The position numbers and the translations under genes are program-made. A stretch of 64,000 nucleotides of DNA from Magallana gigas (lineage: Eukaryota), in the NCBI RefSeq assembly GCF_963853765.1, contig NC_088861.1:30380001-30444000 (forward strand), given 5' to 3'. Positions 61,114 through 64,000 of this stretch are shown piece after piece; the first letter of the stretch is position 1, and each line of letters starts with the position of its first letter. The notes under the pieces were generated by a model. The model was not told where the DNA came from. It did no database searches and worked only from the letters and a program-made list of their open reading frames with translations.

Positions 61114-63600
61114 TAAAAGTTTAGGTGGTTTATTTTTCAAATAAGTACGGATCGGTAGATGTTCTAGAAAAGTAAAAGTTAGTTGATACATAAATTATGA
61201 AATAATAAATATTCCAAAATCCGAAACCAAAACAAATAAAAAACAAAATACCCCTCACCCCCCCCCCCCCCCAAAAAAAAATAAAAATAAATACAGGTAT
61301 TTTATCGGTACAAACACAGTTACAATAAATGGCAATTTAAAGGCCCGATATATTCATAAACAGAAGAATTTGTTCTGGGGTTTTTTTTCACATCAGTATG
61401 AAATCATTATGTTTCACATTGAAATTTCACTTGAGAAGAATTTATGATAGTTCTGACAATTTTAAGCTTGTGCATTATTTATGTATTGTGTGCATCAATT
61501 GATAAATGAGAGAGTGATTTTCATCATTGTTGAAAATTTCCTATTAATTTATAACAGAATTTAGTCTTATGGATCATGGTTGATATTTTTGAGAAAAAAA
61601 TTCTAGTATGAAAACATGTATATAAATTTCTTTCAAAAACTGCCCTCAAGTTCATATATTTAGAACACCTGAATAAAAAATGAAATTCATCGTCAATTGC
61701 TCCAGTGTTACAATAGTTAGAAAGTCAAAGTACACCGAACAAAATTTATATTGTATTTAATTTTCTTTAGATAATAATTATCAATGCATTATTTTTCCTT
61801 AATCCACAAGTAAATTTAGATCAATGGCATAGCTAGGAACTAGAACTTTGTAAGCAGGAAGTCTGGGAAAGGGTGGGGGTGGGGCGGTCCTCCAGGAACT
61901 GAGTACATTTTTTAATTATGACGGCTGTAATTTTTATTTTCATGTCGTACGATGTAATGTGTATTAGATTAAATACCTCAGTCATGATACTGTAAACGTA
62001 CTTACAGAAAAGGCTCTATTATATAAACGTTTTTGGTTTTTTCTTCTTTTGTGTACATAAAATCAAATGTATTGGATTGGAACAAATTAAAAAAAAAACC
62101 CACACACTCAATAAGATATGAAAAGACACAACAAAACAATACATATATCAACAGATACCAGAGAATCATTTAAAATACATCTGAAAAAATAATGTTAATG
62201 TGAATAAGTACATAAATATGAGACAACACTGAGAAAACCGAGGAAAGTAACACTTTTGATTAGGGTTTTTTTTATGACAAGTTGCAGCAAATAGTTATTA
62301 CCTGTTTGGCAGTTTTATATTATTATGAAAATTTACTTTCCCCTTTACAAAGTCTAGGCGACCTCCGTTTTTGGAGGATAGATTTTTTCCTCCGAAATTT
62401 GAGGAAAGATGCTCACCCAACTGTCCTCGGAAGAAATAAAACCCAGTGTTGCTTTTTTTCCTTTTGCCACGCTGATCAGTTGATTGTAAGGAAATGAACA
62501 TTTGTTGATTTGTAACATATCAATGGATCTAAATTTAATTTGTATATTACGACAGGGGAATATTTCGAAAAGCGTATAACTGTAGTATTTTACTACATGT
62601 ATAAGAATAAGTTCGGGATACTTTATAAAAAAAGTATGGACACAAGAGCAAACCGTTGTGGTGATTTGAATATGAAAAAGGAACAATGATTTTTTGGGTT
62701 TTTTTTTTAAATGTGATTATAAAAATTGTTAGCACGTGCTTACAGTGCTACGCAACTTGGGTTGTTCTAATGAAAACTGTGTTCAGTTCAGATCAGATTT
62801 CTTATGGGTTTTACAAATTAATACACAGTACGTACATGTAGTTACTTACACAAAAATGCTTTCTCTGGAGATTCATTCGGGATATGATGGTATCCCGAAT
62901 GAATCACCAAAGAAAGCATTTTATTGTTCATAAAAAACTTTACATAATGAATAAAAATATGATGAAGGGATTTTAAATCACACAGAATAACTGATACATA
63001 ATTATGTTGGAAGGAAACCGCGCAGTCCTACCGTGCGTTGAAAAGCGGAATGGCCAAGTTACCTCAATAAGTTGAGGTACGTACAACACTATGAAATAAC
63101 TTTGAATCTTTCTTTTTAACTTCTTCGACGTCTAATAGCGCAGCAATCTGATTAAAATCAGATCCTCGATCCGCATTTTTTTTTTATTAATTGTCGCTAC
63201 ACAAGGATCTGATCATCAGTACTGCGAAGAGTAAAAAAGATTTTTAGTAAAAAGATTTTTTTTCTGAAACATTGCATGGGGCTTAAACATGAGAAGTATG
63301 AGAACTTACAGTGGAAGCAACTTTTAAGCTATAACATGTAATTCAAGTTCGTTTAAACCATGATTCGTGATCGAGCAAGTGCCAGCTAGAGTTCAACGAG
63401 ATTTGTCATAGTTGCGGAGGGGGTTAGGTTGATTTTTATATAGAAAATTTAATTTGTCTCATTTTAAGGTCGTTACACCACTGTTTCTACAACTTTTCTT
63501 TTTATTTCCGCGTCATGTATTGTCGGTCGATAAACTCGTCAGAATTTTTTTAAATTTCAAAGCGAAAGTGACAGCACGAGGTACGCATTTCTACTTAATT

Positions 63601-63648
63601 GGGGTTTTCCAATCTGTGCTAAAAAAAAAAAAAGCTCAGAAAATTCCC
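63601..63648. promoter_or_regulatory. Two NF-kB/Rel-like sites near the cGLR start
   Basis: GGGGTTTTCC (63601-63610) matches GGGRNNYYCC; GAAAATTCCC (63639-63648) has reverse complement GGGAATTTTC. Confidence 0.35.
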
Positions 63649-63674
63649 AGCCAGACTTCAACAGAACAGCAAAA

Positions 63675-64000
63675 ATGTAAGTTTGTTTGATTAATTCATA
63701 TTTTCTTTGGCTCAGATTAAAAAAAGAAATACAGAGTCAAACAATAACATCTTTCATTTTCATTAGGTTGTCTGTTCAGAAGATATCTGAGTCAGTGTAT
63801 GTTGGAATGTGTCTCAAGATAGGGACCCCACAACAGGTGGCCTCTAGGAGAGATACAGTGGACATTACAGAGATGTTGAGAAACAACGAAATGTTAAAGA
63901 CACGGGAAACAGTGATGCTGAGTGGGAGTCAAAGAGAAGGACTCAGATTGAGTGAATCAGACAGAGACTACATGCGTTGGCCAAATGACCACCGAGTGAT
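63675..64000 (+). CDS. cGAS-like receptor (Mab21/cGLR-family nucleotidyltransferase), 5' part; exons 63675-63676 and 63767 to beyond 64000
   Basis: AT|gtaagt...cattag|G joins to give MLSVQKISESVYVGMCLKIGTPQQVASRR...MLSGSQREGLRLSESDRDYMRWPNDHRV. It has the SGS..EG and SDxD nucleotidyltransferase motifs, and the sequence style matches bivalve Mab21 proteins as I recall them. It runs off the window. Confidence 0.8.

Noticed and set aside
61200-63600. Short ORFs in the intergenic spacer (e.g. 62282-62933)
   Set aside because: They are AT-rich, show no coding-like composition and have no splice-consistent structure.

Overview
This is AT-rich eukaryotic genomic DNA, probably from a bivalve such as an oyster (inferred from the repeat types and the cGLR family sequence). 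About 57 kb (3918-60853, minus strand) is one intron-rich axonemal dynein heavy chain gene of the outer-arm DNAH5/DNAH8 type. I reconstructed about 62 core exons by hand, all with GT-AG boundaries and matching phases. They cover the tail, linker, AAA1-AAA4 and the stalk/microtubule-binding domain (MTBD). AAA5/AAA6 must lie beyond the left edge. The reading frame is intact, but several normally near-invariant nucleotide-site residues are changed: AAA1 Walker A is GPVGVGKT, the AAA1 sensor-II Arg is Ala, the AAA4 Walker A Lys is lost, and the AAA3 sensor-II Arg is Lys. The protein also has large low-complexity insertions. About 12 frame-preserving candidate cassette or micro-exons (6-159 nt) lie in the introns. 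Together these make it a candidate divergent, possibly catalytically attenuated dynein with modular splicing. Head-to-head at the right edge is the start of a cGAS-like receptor (Mab21/cGLR) gene whose ATG appears split by an intron. The introns also hold a composite Helentron/HINE-like element with a 177-bp satellite, a palindromic AT-rich minisatellite, two TA-flanked MITEs, and several tandem duplications that copy splice junctions. All family assignments come from remembered motifs; no database search was run.
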